The notes beneath the pieces are model-generated. The model did no database searches. It was not told the origin of the DNA and saw only the letters and a list, made by a program, of their open reading frames with translations. The translations under genes were made by a program, and so were the position numbers. From Felis catus (lineage: Eukaryota), in assembly GCF_018350175.1 (NCBI RefSeq), contig NC_058368.1:4898001-4962000 (forward strand): 64,000 bases of DNA. Reading direction: 5' to 3'. Below, one piece after another: positions 38,971 through 49,918 of this stretch. Within the stretch, counting starts at the first letter, position 1. Every line of letters begins with the position of its first letter.

Positions 38971-40540
38971 CTACTCGCTCTCTTCGCCCAAGGTGAGTAC
39001 GGGGGTAGATTTCTTTGAGTCTCTAGGGCGCTTAGGGCAGTCTTTGATCCAGTGCCCGCGCTCTTTGCAATAGGCACATTGGTCTTTTTCTATTTTGGGC
39101 CGCCTCTTCGTTTCCCCTGACTTTCCTGTTCTATTTTCTGTCACTACAGCTGCCAGGATTTTTGTTAGATGTTTATCTCTCTTTCGATCTCTTCGTTCCT
39201 CCCGTGCTTCCTGCTCTTTTGCTAGCCTAGCCTCCTTTTCTTCTGGAGTTTCCCTCTTGTTATATACCTTTTCTGCCTCCCTAACTAGTTCCTGCAACCC
39301 ATAGGTTTGAATCCCATCTAGCCGTTGGAGCTTTCCTTTTATATCAGATGCTGCCTGATCTATGAACGACATGGCCACGGTAGCCTTATGTTCTGGAGCC
39401 TCGGGGTTAAATGGAGTATACATCCGAAACCCCTCTAGAAGCCGTTCCATAAAGGCTGCGGGGCTTTCCTCTTTTCCTTGAATTATGGTCCTTACCTTGG
39501 CCAAATTGGTGGGCTGTTTCCCTGCCCCCTTGAGACCCGCCAACAGAGCCTGGCGATAGATTCGGAGACTCTCCCTACCTGGAGCCGTTTCATAGTCCCA
39601 GTCCGGGCGGGTGAGGGGAAACCCCTCATCTATTTCGTTGGGGAGCTGGGTTGGAAAGCCTCCAGGAGAACTTGTTGCCTTTCCTCTGTAGTCAAAAGGA
39701 CCTGTAGGAGCTGCTGGCAGTCGTCCCAGGTGGGCTGGTGTGTGAGGAGGATAGATTCTATCAGTGAGGTTAGGGCCTGGGGTTCTTGGGAAAAGGAAGG
39801 GTTATGAGTTTTCCAGTTGTAAAGATCAGATGCAGAAAATGGCCAATACTGGATAGTCCGGTTGACAGTCCGGAGAGGAAACAGGGAAGATTGCCAAGTG
39901 GGAGGGCCGTTCGGGTCGTCTGATCGCCGGAGACGGAGGCGGGGGAAGAAATTGGGGAGGGGGAGGAGGAACTGGAGGCAGGAGGGGAAGTAGGGGCCAC
40001 CGGGGTCAAGGCGGGGGCCAGGGGCGGATTATAGGGTGGAGGCAGTAAGAGGGGGTTGTGGGGCGGTGAAGTCTCTTCGGGGGCGTGGGGCGGCGAAGAC
40101 AAAGCGTCTAGGAGGAGGGGGTCCCTTTGGGACTCATCGGGAAAAACCGGTTTGGGCGGATCTGGAGTTTGGGTTGAGGCTCGGTTTTTGGAGGTTTTCA
40201 GGGGAAGGAGGGTAGACTGAGATAGGGGGCAGGAAGGGAGGAAGTGTTTCATCCATGCCGGAGGATTCCGAATGAGATCCTCCCAAGTGAGGATATAGGC
40301 TACTTGATCTGGATGACCTTGTGGTCCGGGATCCATTACCTTCGTCTTAACCTGTAATATAACAAAGAGGTCAAAAGTCCCGTCCCGGGGCCACCCTACA
40401 GATAGGGTGGGCCACTCCGATGAACAAAAAGTTCGCCATCGACCTTTTCGAACCTCAACGGATAGATTGCGAGCTCTTGCCTGGACGTCCGAGAAATGAG
40501 TCAGAGTCAAAGATAGAGGAGTAGTCAGTGTCTGTCCCAT
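38971..40540 (-). pseudogene. gag: gag, with two frameshifting deletions
   Basis: [13 protein letters not shown] start, PPPY late domain, CA ([26 protein letters not shown]), [19 protein letters not shown] at 38971-38973. Frame breaks at ~39940 and ~39660. Confidence 0.95.
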
Positions 40541-40747
40541 GGCTGTGTCGTCCTGTCCACGCGTCCACACACGCACACTTACACACACACACACGAATAT
40601 GACTACAATGTCGATACAGACCAGACAACACAGACTAGACAACAACCAAGGAGCCGCGGCCAGGTATTCAGATTCAGATGGCAGGGGAGGCCTGCCTTCG
40701 GATTTGGGGCGTCTGACGAACTTGTCAGTTCTCCTCTACAAGCACCA

Positions 40748-40836
40748 CCGAGGCGTCCCTCGGGGCCGGGGTGTGAAGGTTCAGGACACGTCTGTCCTCC
40801 TTCAACACTCCTACTGAGGTGGCCGGCCGGCCTCAG
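40748..40836 (-). promoter_or_regulatory. Gammaretroviral core packaging/dimerisation signal
   Basis: Two perfect GACG-tetraloop hairpins (AGGACA-GACG-TGTCCT, 40783-40798; CCGAGG-GACG-CCTCGG, 40748-40763), preceded by a stem carrying the GGCCGGCC palindrome (40814-40836). Confidence 0.85.
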
Positions 40837-40979
40837 AATTCACAGTTCAGAGACAAAACATAGAACACAATACCTGTGTGTAGACAAAGGCACAGAAGTC
40901 TGTCTTCAGTCAGTCCGTCAGTGGCCCGGGCCGGAGAGTCATCTACCGACGGGGCCGGGGTTCTCCTGCCTTCCCTCGC

Positions 40980-40997
40980 TTCCCGGCCAACGCACCA
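40980..40997 (-). promoter_or_regulatory. Primer binding site complementary to tRNA-Gly
   Basis: TGGTGCGTTGGCCGGGAA, 2 nt inside the 5' LTR; complementary to the tRNA-Gly(UCC) 3' end ...TTCCCGGCCAACGCA-CCA. Confidence 0.92.
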
Positions 40998-40999
40998 AA

Positions 41000-41523
41000 T
41001 GTTAGGAGCCAAGCTCCTAGGCCCTATGGAATGAGAGTTGGCGCAAAGAACCACACGGCACTCCGACGTCGGCAGAGAGTCTTTACTGGTGCACCAGGGC
41101 TCCCCAGTGTTGGAAAGCGGGAGAGCCCCGATAAACGGGGTCACAGGTCTTTTATGCTATTTTGAGTCTTATTTGCATACAGGCTGGTGGTAGGCTCTCT
41201 GCTCGGTGATGGTTAGGGTTGTGGGTAGTTTCGTCCCGGGGAAGCTTGGGAAATGAAGTTTCTTTTGGCTGATGCAACTTGGAGCCCGGGCTGCGAAGCG
41301 GCTAGGGACCTTTCGGTTAGGGTTGGGCGCGTAAGCAAGATTACAGAAGCGAGAGGAAAGCGGTTATCTATGTAGCAGCCTGTACAGCTCCCCCGGTGTC
41401 CAGATGTCTAACCGCAGAAATCCTGTTTGTTAACTATTGGGAGTACAGGCTCTGCGAGTGAGGCGTTTACAAAGTTGAAGGTAGGGTGGGGGTGTTTTAG
41501 TAAGCTAGACCAGGGGTCTCTCA
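41000..41523 (-). repeat. 5' LTR (524 bp)
   Basis: Direct repeat of 34314-34837 with no difference found by eye; followed on the minus strand by the PBS. Confidence 0.97.
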
Positions 41524-42882
41524 ATATCAGATGATCTCAGATGGTTCTCTTGCGTTTTAAATCTTCCTATCGTGTGGTTTGGGCCATAAGTAAAGGAAAG
41601 AAAAACGAATCGTCCCAGAGGGTGGCACAGGATTCGGCTACTAATTTAAACAAGATGACCAGCACTTGGAAATTCACTGACCCTCAGACTCTCTCCACTC
41701 ACCCAGTGGGCCAATTTGTCCCCACCCAACTCACTTTGCAAATGCACGAGATAGAATCACACCAAGAGAAATCAACATTTAGAGGGGCAAGAAAATCCAT
41801 CCATGCGAAAATAATGTCAGTAGGGTTTTTAATATTCATTTAAGTTGTACTTCATTGTTCACTAAACCAGAAAATGACAGCAATCGCCGTGACTGGTTAG
41901 GTCACTTGGGCCAAAAAAATTTCGGGTTGCCTGGCTTTTCCTTTTCAAATTTTTCTTTTTTCCTTTTTTCTTCCCAGAAACTGTTCTTAACTGCCAAGTC
42001 ATTAAAAACTGCCGAACCAATCTGTGCATAAAACACAACCGAAGCAGAACAGGTCAGAGGGAAAAAAAGGATGCACTGAAAACACCTTCTACATTATACG
42101 ACGGATGGTTTCCATAATAACAAAAGAAAAAAGAAAATCGGACATTTATAATGAAATGAAGTGGCTGAACATCAGAAGACAGTCTTAAACTGAGGTGGAA
42201 AAAGACTCCAACACATAAGACAAAAGGCCAATCAGGGCAAGACGTATAAAAGTCCTATTCACTGACGGCCAAAGAACGGCTTAGCTCCCAACATACTATT
42301 AAAGAACCACTCACACCCCACACTTCTCCTTAGCTGAGCGTGGGAGACACAATAACTGCTCTTAGTCACTGTCAGCACAGGGGGGGTAATTTGCATGTGA
42401 TTTCCATACAATCTTTTTGCAGGCAGATTATGGCATTCACAAGTCTGAACTTTTCATTTTATTTTTTTTCAAAGAGAAGGATCCATTGACCGGCAGTATG
42501 GACAGCTGTTGTTATTTCTGCCCCTAACTGCTGGATGTTTGCAAGCTCCCAAATGGTCCTTTTGATTTATGTTTTAACACTCTGATCAATGCAAGGAAAC
42601 GTGAAAACCTAACCTTTAATCTTTGAGATGGTTGAGATGGAATGAGCTTAGCTCTCCACGAGAAAATGCCAAAGTTACGAAATTATAAACTACATTATTT
42701 ATGGAAGAGGAGTATGTCTTGACAAAAATTAGCTTTAAGGCAGAATTCTGTAATGGGTACAGATTATTTGATCTGCCCATTCTATCCTGTCTAGTCTTGC
42801 TGTCTTGCTGTCATAATCTGTTTATTTATTCATTGATTCATTTATGCCACACTCCACAAATGCTTTCAGGAAGTGCACGCGT

Positions 42883-42920
<38 letters not shown>

Positions 42921-43286
42921 TACTTGAGGTGATAAAGCTGAGGAAAAAGAATGAAGCCAGGGAGAGATTAGAATATAGAATATACACCATGAAGTGTTGT
43001 GAGTTCCTATGGTGGGTAACAAATTTGGTGCCAGGCTTCTTAGTAACCAAAGCAAAAAGCACATTCCCATTATTACAATGTTCACAGAAAAAAGAATGGT
43101 TCAGTTGTTCAGTGTTTCTCAACTATGAAACCTAAGAGAAAATTCTCTATTGTGCCTTGTGATGGCAGTTTCTTGAGGGATTTGTTAAGTAATCTAACAG
43201 TCGTGTTTTCTGTTTCATTACTTTCTGCACTTACCTGTATTGTTTTCAAATAGGTAATAGAACACAATTTTGAAAAATCACTGCCC

Positions 43287-44340
43287 GGGGCGCCTGGGTG
43301 GCTCAGTCAGTTAAGTGTCTGACTTCAGCTCAGGTCACGATCTCGCAGTGTGTGAGTTCGAGCCCCACATCGGGCTCTGTGCTGATGGCTCAGAGCCTGG
43401 AGCCTGCTTCCGATTCTGTGTCTCTCTCTCTCTCTGCCCCTCCCCCGTTCATGCTCTGTCTCTCTCTGTCTCAAAAAATAAATAAACATTAAAAAAAAAA
43501 AGAATTTGACAATAAATTTCATATATTGAAAAAAAAAAAAGAAAAAGAAAAATCACTGCCCTAGAGCAACTCACATATGCGCACAAGGAAGCATGCGTGG
43601 GGGCACTGGTCATAGCACTGCCGGACAGAAACAAAATAAATGTTCATCATTAAAAGAATGGATAAAGTTTGGGGCACCTAGGTGGCTCAGTTGGTTGAGC
43701 ATCCAACTGTGGCCCGGGTCATGATCTCATGGTTCATGGGTTCAAACCCCACATCGGGCTCTGTGCTAGGCTCTGTGCTGACAGCTCGGAGCCTGGAGCC
43801 TGCTTTGGATTCTGTGTCTCCCTCTCTCTGCCTTTCCCCTCTTGCACTATGTTTGTCTCTCTCTCTCAATAATAAACATTTAAAAAAACTTTTTTAAGTT
43901 ATTTCTGTGGGGCGCCTGGGTGGCTCAGTCAGTTAAACGTCTGACTTTGGCTCAGGTCATGATCTCACAGTTTGTGACTTAGAGCCCTGAGTTGGGCTCC
44001 CTGCTGTCAGCACAGAGCCCGCTTCAGATCCTCTGTCTCCCTTTCTCACTGCTCGTCTCCCCTCTTGCTCTCTTTCTCTCTGTCTCAAAAATAAACATTT
44101 TTTAAAGAGTTATTTTGGGGGCACCTAGGTAGCTCAGTTGGTTAAGCATCTGACTTTGGCTCAGATCATGATCTCACAGTTCCTGGCTTCCATCCCCGTT
44201 GGGCTCTGTGCTGACAGCTCAGAGCCTGGAGCCTGTTTCAGATTCTGTGCATCCCTCTCTCTCTCTGCCCCTCCCCTGCTTGTGCTCTCTTACTCTCTCT
44301 CAAACATAAATAAACATTAAAAAAAAATTTTTTTTTAAAG
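43287..44340 (+). mobile_element. Four same-orientation CAN-SINEs inserted in an old L1 3' end
   Basis: Heads at 43287, 43671, 43909 and 44116; TSDs AAAATCACTGCCC and AAAGAATGGATAAA. Confidence 0.9.
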
Positions 44341-44697
44341 AATGGATAAATTTTGATATAGCCATACATGGGAATACAGTATAACCATTGAAATAAATAG
44401 ATGAATTAGATCGACATTACTAACATGGATAAATATCAAAAACATTGAATTTAAAAAGCAAGTTAGAAGGTGATATGTATAGTGTGATTTAATTAATACA
44501 GGAGTTTAAATCTCCTTGAATAATACTATATGGTGTCTACAGAAACCTATAATTAACGAAAACACATAAACATGGGTAACAATGATGCAGAACAACTTCA
44601 GGATAGTGATTCCTTCCGGGATGGTCATGACACTTTGAACTCTACACGGGCATGCAGGGTAGCTGGGAGCTTCCACTCTATCTGTAAGACTTTTCAT

Positions 44698-45924
44698 TTT
44701 TTTGGTAGATAGAAATAATTTTATTTTGTATTGAGGCACAGCAGGCATACAATCCGTATTACTTCCTCGAGTGTGCGATACATTAGTTATTCACATTATA
44801 AAATTAAGGACAGAAAGCCTTGTATGCAGGGGATATTAAAAATGTGTGTCTAATTTTGAATCTGTCTCTGATAGCACCCACGACCAGCTTTATAAATCTG
44901 AATGCATACGACACGAGACACATTTGGACAAAGTATTCATATGGGTCCACTCCAGATGCTAATTCACTCTACAGATAACTCACTCTTCACCTTGGTCATT
45001 GGCACTCCAGGGTCTGAGGCACCTGTGGATCTGAAAGACACTTCCGGAAGTACATTTATTACACTGGCCTTGTAAAGATTTCTGTTTCTTCTATTCTCCT
45101 TTAGAGCGAGGAGACCTTTTCTCTTTACAAGCAAGAAGACCTTCAAGCTTGTCTTTTGTTGGAAGAGTCTGAGCATAACAAGCTTCTTCTATGGCGAATC
45201 CTGTTACTAAATCAATCTCCATCCCTTGATTAATTGCTAATTTTGCCATTTTTATTGCAACAGGTCCCTGAGGTAAAAACTTTCCTGCCAGGTCCAAGGC
45301 CTTGCGTGGGCTGGGCAGCATTCCTGTCCTGGTTCTGTTCTAGAACGTGGCTGATCAAGCCCACTGCTTTGGCTTCTTGGCCATCGAGCACATGCGCAGA
45401 GAAGATGAAGTCTTTGATGAGGACCATCCCGATACCGCCTGGCAGTGGCTGTGACCCCCTGCCTCTGTTTCATTCATCACTGCTCTCATTTTGGAGACAA
45501 AAGGACCAACTTCACTGGGATTCACTTGGGCTCTCTTCTTAAGGTCAGCACCAGCACAGAATACTCCTGGGACTTCACTCCTGACTATTACCGTCCGCGC
45601 TTTTGAATCAGATTTGAAAGCATCCACAGCTTTTGAGAGCATTTTTATCAGCTTTTACTGCATGGGTTTTTGGCATCAGCTCTGTTTATTCCAAGCACCG
45701 CAGTTCCTCGGTTCTCCTCTTCCAGGTACCGAACAGGCTGCTGGTCCTCTGTCCTCACCTCAGAGCGGTACCCCTCCATGGTGCCGACCCCCTGGCTGAT
45801 GGCAGGCACCCAGCCCCACCCTAGATGCCTGGCCCACCCACGGGCCGTCAAGGAACCAGGAAGTGCCGCCCCCAACCTGTGGGGCCAATGCAGGTGCCCA
45901 AGGTCCCAGGTGCCCCCGAGGCCT
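44698..45924 (-). pseudogene. AUH: Processed pseudogene of AUH (AU-binding methylglutaconyl-CoA hydratase)
   Basis: Intronless, frameshifted fragments [87 protein letters not shown] (stop at 45091). 3' UTR with AATAAA (44720-44725), short A tail, and degenerate TSD (44681-44697 / 45925-45941). Confidence 0.93.
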
Positions 45925-46272
45925 TGTCTAAGACTTTCTTTACACAATGATATGAAACAGATATGGCAAACCAACGAACAGTCTAATTTTTCTTGTGGGC
46001 ACTTGGGTGTCTATCATCGTCTTCTCTGAACTTCTCTGTGTATTGAAATCTTTAATATTTAAACATAAAAATTTTAAATCATGAAAGGAAAGTTTGGGGA
46101 CAGAGCTTGAAGGATCTAGAATGCCATGCCTAGGGTTCTGAACTTTATTCTTTAGGCATTAAGAATGTTTGTGCAAACTTAATTAAAAAAAAAAAAGTGA
46201 GCAGAGGACAGACTGGTCAGAGCTGTGCTCTAGAAAGATTACTCAACCAGGCACATAAAACTTCACTCTCTT

Positions 46273-46520
46273 GGGGAGCCTGGGTGGCTCAGTCGGTTAA
46301 GCGTCGGACTTCGGCTCAGGTCACCACCTCGCGGTCCGGGAGTTCCGAGCCCCGCGTTGGGCTCTGGGCTGATGGCTCAGAGCCTGGAGCCTGCTTCCGA
46401 TTCCGTGTCTCCCTCTCTCTCTGCCCCTCCCCGTTCATGCTCTGTCTCTCTCTGTCTCAAAAATAAATAAAAACGTTAAAAAAAAATTTAAAAAACAAAA
46501 CAAAACAACTTCACTCTCTT
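46273..46520 (+). mobile_element. CAN-SINE with TSD
   Basis: AACTTCACTCTCTT duplicated on both sides. Confidence 0.9.
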
Positions 46521-47466
46521 GTTCTTCCCATGATACGTACTTAAGTCCATCCGTATCCTCTGATGTCTTCCCTGCCTAGTCTCGAAGTTGTCCCGCCACC
46601 AGGCCCAGTGTTTCTTGTCCCAGCTGCAGCTGTGTGGTGTGGAAGATTTTGGTATTGTAAGGAGTGAATGGGAAAAATTGAGACCGAGGGCGGGGATGAG
46701 TTCGGGAATCAAGAAACATCGCTCCTATTAAGAACACCCTAAGGGGAGCGACATAAAATTAAAACTCAAAGCAGATTCTGTGCAAATCCCATGCCAATTC
46801 CCTGGTGGCCCAGCTTTTTCAAGTCCTGGCTTAGCTACATGTGATTAAGGGGAGCACATCAAATCCAAAAAGGCACACATGTCACAGACCCTCACTCATT
46901 CCTCATTGGGGACCATTCCAAAGTATGTCATTACATTTTTCCCAGGAGTAAATTTGCCTGCGCAGGAGGCTGTGGGTCACGTCAGCTGCTCGACTGGGGA
47001 CTGCCTATGTCAGAAACGAGTGCCTTCATGGGTAAGTCGGAGGAATTTCCCACTCTGCACCCTGGCTATAACTCTGCTGTGGGTGTATCCCTCCCTTCCT
47101 TCCTTCCTTCCTTCCTTCCTTCCTTCCTTCCTTCTCTTTCTTTCTTTCCTTCCCTCCTTCCCTTTTTTCTTTCTTTCCTCCTTTCATTCCTTCCTTTCTT
47201 TCAGTTTATTTATTTTTGAGAGAGACAAGAGGAGCAGGGGAGGGACAGAGAGAGACAGGTAGGGACACAGAATCCAAAGCAGGCTCCAGGCTCTGAGCTG
47301 TCAGCACAGAGCCCGACGTGGGTGTGGAACCCGTGACCAACGAGATCATGACCTCAGCCGAAATCAAGAGTGGGAGGCTTAACCCACTGAGCCACCCAGG
47401 TGCCCCTGCGCGTGTATTTCTATCAACATTTCCTTATCCTCCAGGGCGGGCCAGGAGGTGCTTCTT

Positions 47467-47501
<35 letters not shown>

Positions 47502-49078
47502 AAGTTTCATAACGGTGCTGACGGACTCAACCAGTATTTGTGCTAACCTTGGGGCCCTCCTCACAATCCTTTTATTCGTATTTTGCTGTCTCCTCTCCTC
47601 GGTGCCGGCGGGGCTGTTTCAGACGGCCAGTCATCCGAAGTTCCTCCCTGGCTCGGGCAGCAGAAGGCTCCCCTTTCCACCTGACGAAGAACATAACGAG
47701 CCCTCCTCGTCCTAAACCAATGCCTGGGGTTGGCACTACACGTCCTTCCCTCCGCCTTCAGGGAAATTGGGTTAGAACCCGTCCCCGCACCGTCCGCAGG
47801 GCGGGCTCTTCGGCGCGCTGAAATCCCCCTGCTGCAGTGATTGGATCAGAGGCGATCACATGTCCTGGGGCCAGCCAATCAGAGTACTCCAAATCTGGGC
47901 CTTGGTGATTGGTTGGAGGATGAGTTTAAGGCCCAAATTGGTCTGGTCCAGCTCCTTGTCAGTGCGTGGGCACGCCCTCCTCCGGGAGGAAAACGACTCC
48001 TTTTTCCCTTGTCAGGGACTGGGCAGTGGTGTCCGAGAATTGGAGCCAACATTAGCAGAGGGGGGGAAAGAAACCAAGTTCTGCTGGCATTGTTTGAACT
48101 CCTAGGTGCCGCTCAGGCCTTGGACTTTTCACTACATGAACCAGGAGTTCCTTTTTCGTCCCAGGCAGTTTGAGCAAGGTTTTCTGTCACCTGCTGTTGG
48201 CCACGCGTGACAGCTCCAGTGTCCTTTCACACGCCCCAAAGCGGCCTCTGCAGTTCACCACACAGACCCTGTCACCGTCCTTCTCGCCATCAGCAGGTGG
48301 CCTGCCCCTCCTCCGCAGAGAAAGGGAAACCATCCTGCACAAAGTCCACACTTCTCTCTGAGTTCTCGTGCATCTTGACCACCATCTTTGTTGAACTGTC
48401 CTCGGAGGAGTACTTCCTCCTGTGCAGAGTGAGCTGGGCCCCCTCTGCTCCGGATCCTGTCCCTGCTGCCCTCCTCTGGGACTTAGCCTTATCAAGTACT
48501 CCTTCTTCCTTTTATCTTCAATCTCTCCTGCCCCAGTGGCTCTTTCTCTTGTGTCTATGAACTAAAAAAGAAAGAAAAGAAAAGAAGGAAATTAAAAGAA
48601 CTTTCCTTCTTCCTGAAAATCAGCCTATCATCCTTTTTCCTTCCTTTACTTCACAACGTGTTCGCTTCAAAAAATACTCGCTACTCCCTGTACTTTCTTA
48701 CCGTTCATTCACTTCTCAATTCACTGCTGCAATTAGAATTCTGCCCCTCTACTTCCCTGAACCTGCCAAGTGCAGTGGCCTAATTGCAACATTTCACTCC
48801 TCTGTAACAGTTGATTCTGCGGCTGTGTCCTCTTCTAAATGGCCCGTTGAGCACTTCCCTCATAGATTTTACTGCTTTTTTTCAGGGCTTCTTCCTCCAT
48901 TTCCTATCGCTTAAGCCAACAAACGTGTTGCCTTTTCTGGATTACAAAACCTGTTGAAAAATTGACGAGGCCTATTGTTTGTTTCCCTAGAAGCATGTAC
49001 TTTGCAGGGTATTGATCAAGGTTGTTAGCAACAAACTGAAAAATATACTCCAGCTGGTGGAATCAAAAGGGCTTGCCT

Positions 49079-49320
49079 GGGGCGCCTGGGTGGCGCAGTC
49101 GGTTAAGCGTCCAATTTCAGCCAGGTCACGATCTCGCGGTCTGTGAGTTCGAGCCCCGCGTCAGGCTCTGGGCTGATGGCTCAGAGCCTGGAGCCTGTTT
49201 CCGATTCTGTGTCTCCCTCTCTCTCTGCCCCTCCCCCGTTCATGCTCTGTCTCTCTCTGTCCCAAAAATAAATAAACGTTGAAAAAAAAAATTAAAAAAA
49301 AAAAAAAAAAGGGCTTGCCT
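49079..49320 (+). mobile_element. Young CAN-SINE with long A tail and TSD
   Basis: AAAAGGGCTTGCCT duplicated; CpGs retained. Confidence 0.92.
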
Positions 49321-49816
49321 AAGAGCACAGACAGTTCACATAAAGGTCGGGAGTGCGAAACTTCCAGGAACCCCGCACACGCAACGGAACTGCTCTGCCT
49401 CTGCCCAGTGAGAAGGCTCCTGAATCAAAGCCACCGCCACGCTGCTGGCACCAAGCAGCTCTAGCGGGAACTGTGCCGGCAACGCGGTGCCCCGCACCCT
49501 GTGCCTCTCTCCGCATGCAACTCTGTGCGGATCAAGTCCCTCATGAGGGCAAGTGTCCTCAGACGACCCGGTTTCCAATCAGGGTCTCTCCCAAGCTCAT
49601 CTTTCTGGCAGAGCCTCAGTCTCCTACAGAATCCTGGCTTCAAAGGAGGTGAGAGATGTGGCTTCCACCTTTCCTGCTCGGGGCACTGTAGAAAGAGGCT
49701 AAGCAGACAGCGTTGGGCTAATCAATCAGCTGTATCACCATGTATGCGTAAACGCAAACTTCAAACACTGAAGAAACACATTTTAAATGTTGATGTTCCT
49801 GAGTGCTTTAGTCATG

Positions 49817-49819
49817 ATT

Positions 49820-49876
<57 letters not shown>

Positions 49877-49918
49877 TTTCTTTCTTTCTTTCTTTCCTTT
49901 TTTTTTTTTTTTTTTTTT
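49817..49918. repeat. (TTTC)n microsatellite plus poly-T
   Basis: Visible directly. Confidence 0.95.

Larger units (their letters stand above)
34314..41523 (-). mobile_element. Endogenous gammaretrovirus provirus, FcEV/ERV-DC-like, internally deleted (7,210 bp)
   Basis: Paired LTRs bounded by TG...CA; ATAT on both flanks (34310-34313, 41524-41527); PBS, gag, pro-pol, env remnants and PPT in order on the minus strand. Gag/Pol are BaEV/RD-114-like and the env TM is type C. Confidence 0.97.

Noticed and set aside
35442..39807. Antisense ORFs across the provirus
   Set aside because: Short shadow frames of gag-pol with no independent support.
34314..41523. RD-114 virus or endogenous FeLV
   Set aside because: The env remnant is type C rather than the type-D-derived env of RD-114; the Gly PBS and BaEV-like Gag do not fit enFeLV, which uses a Pro PBS.
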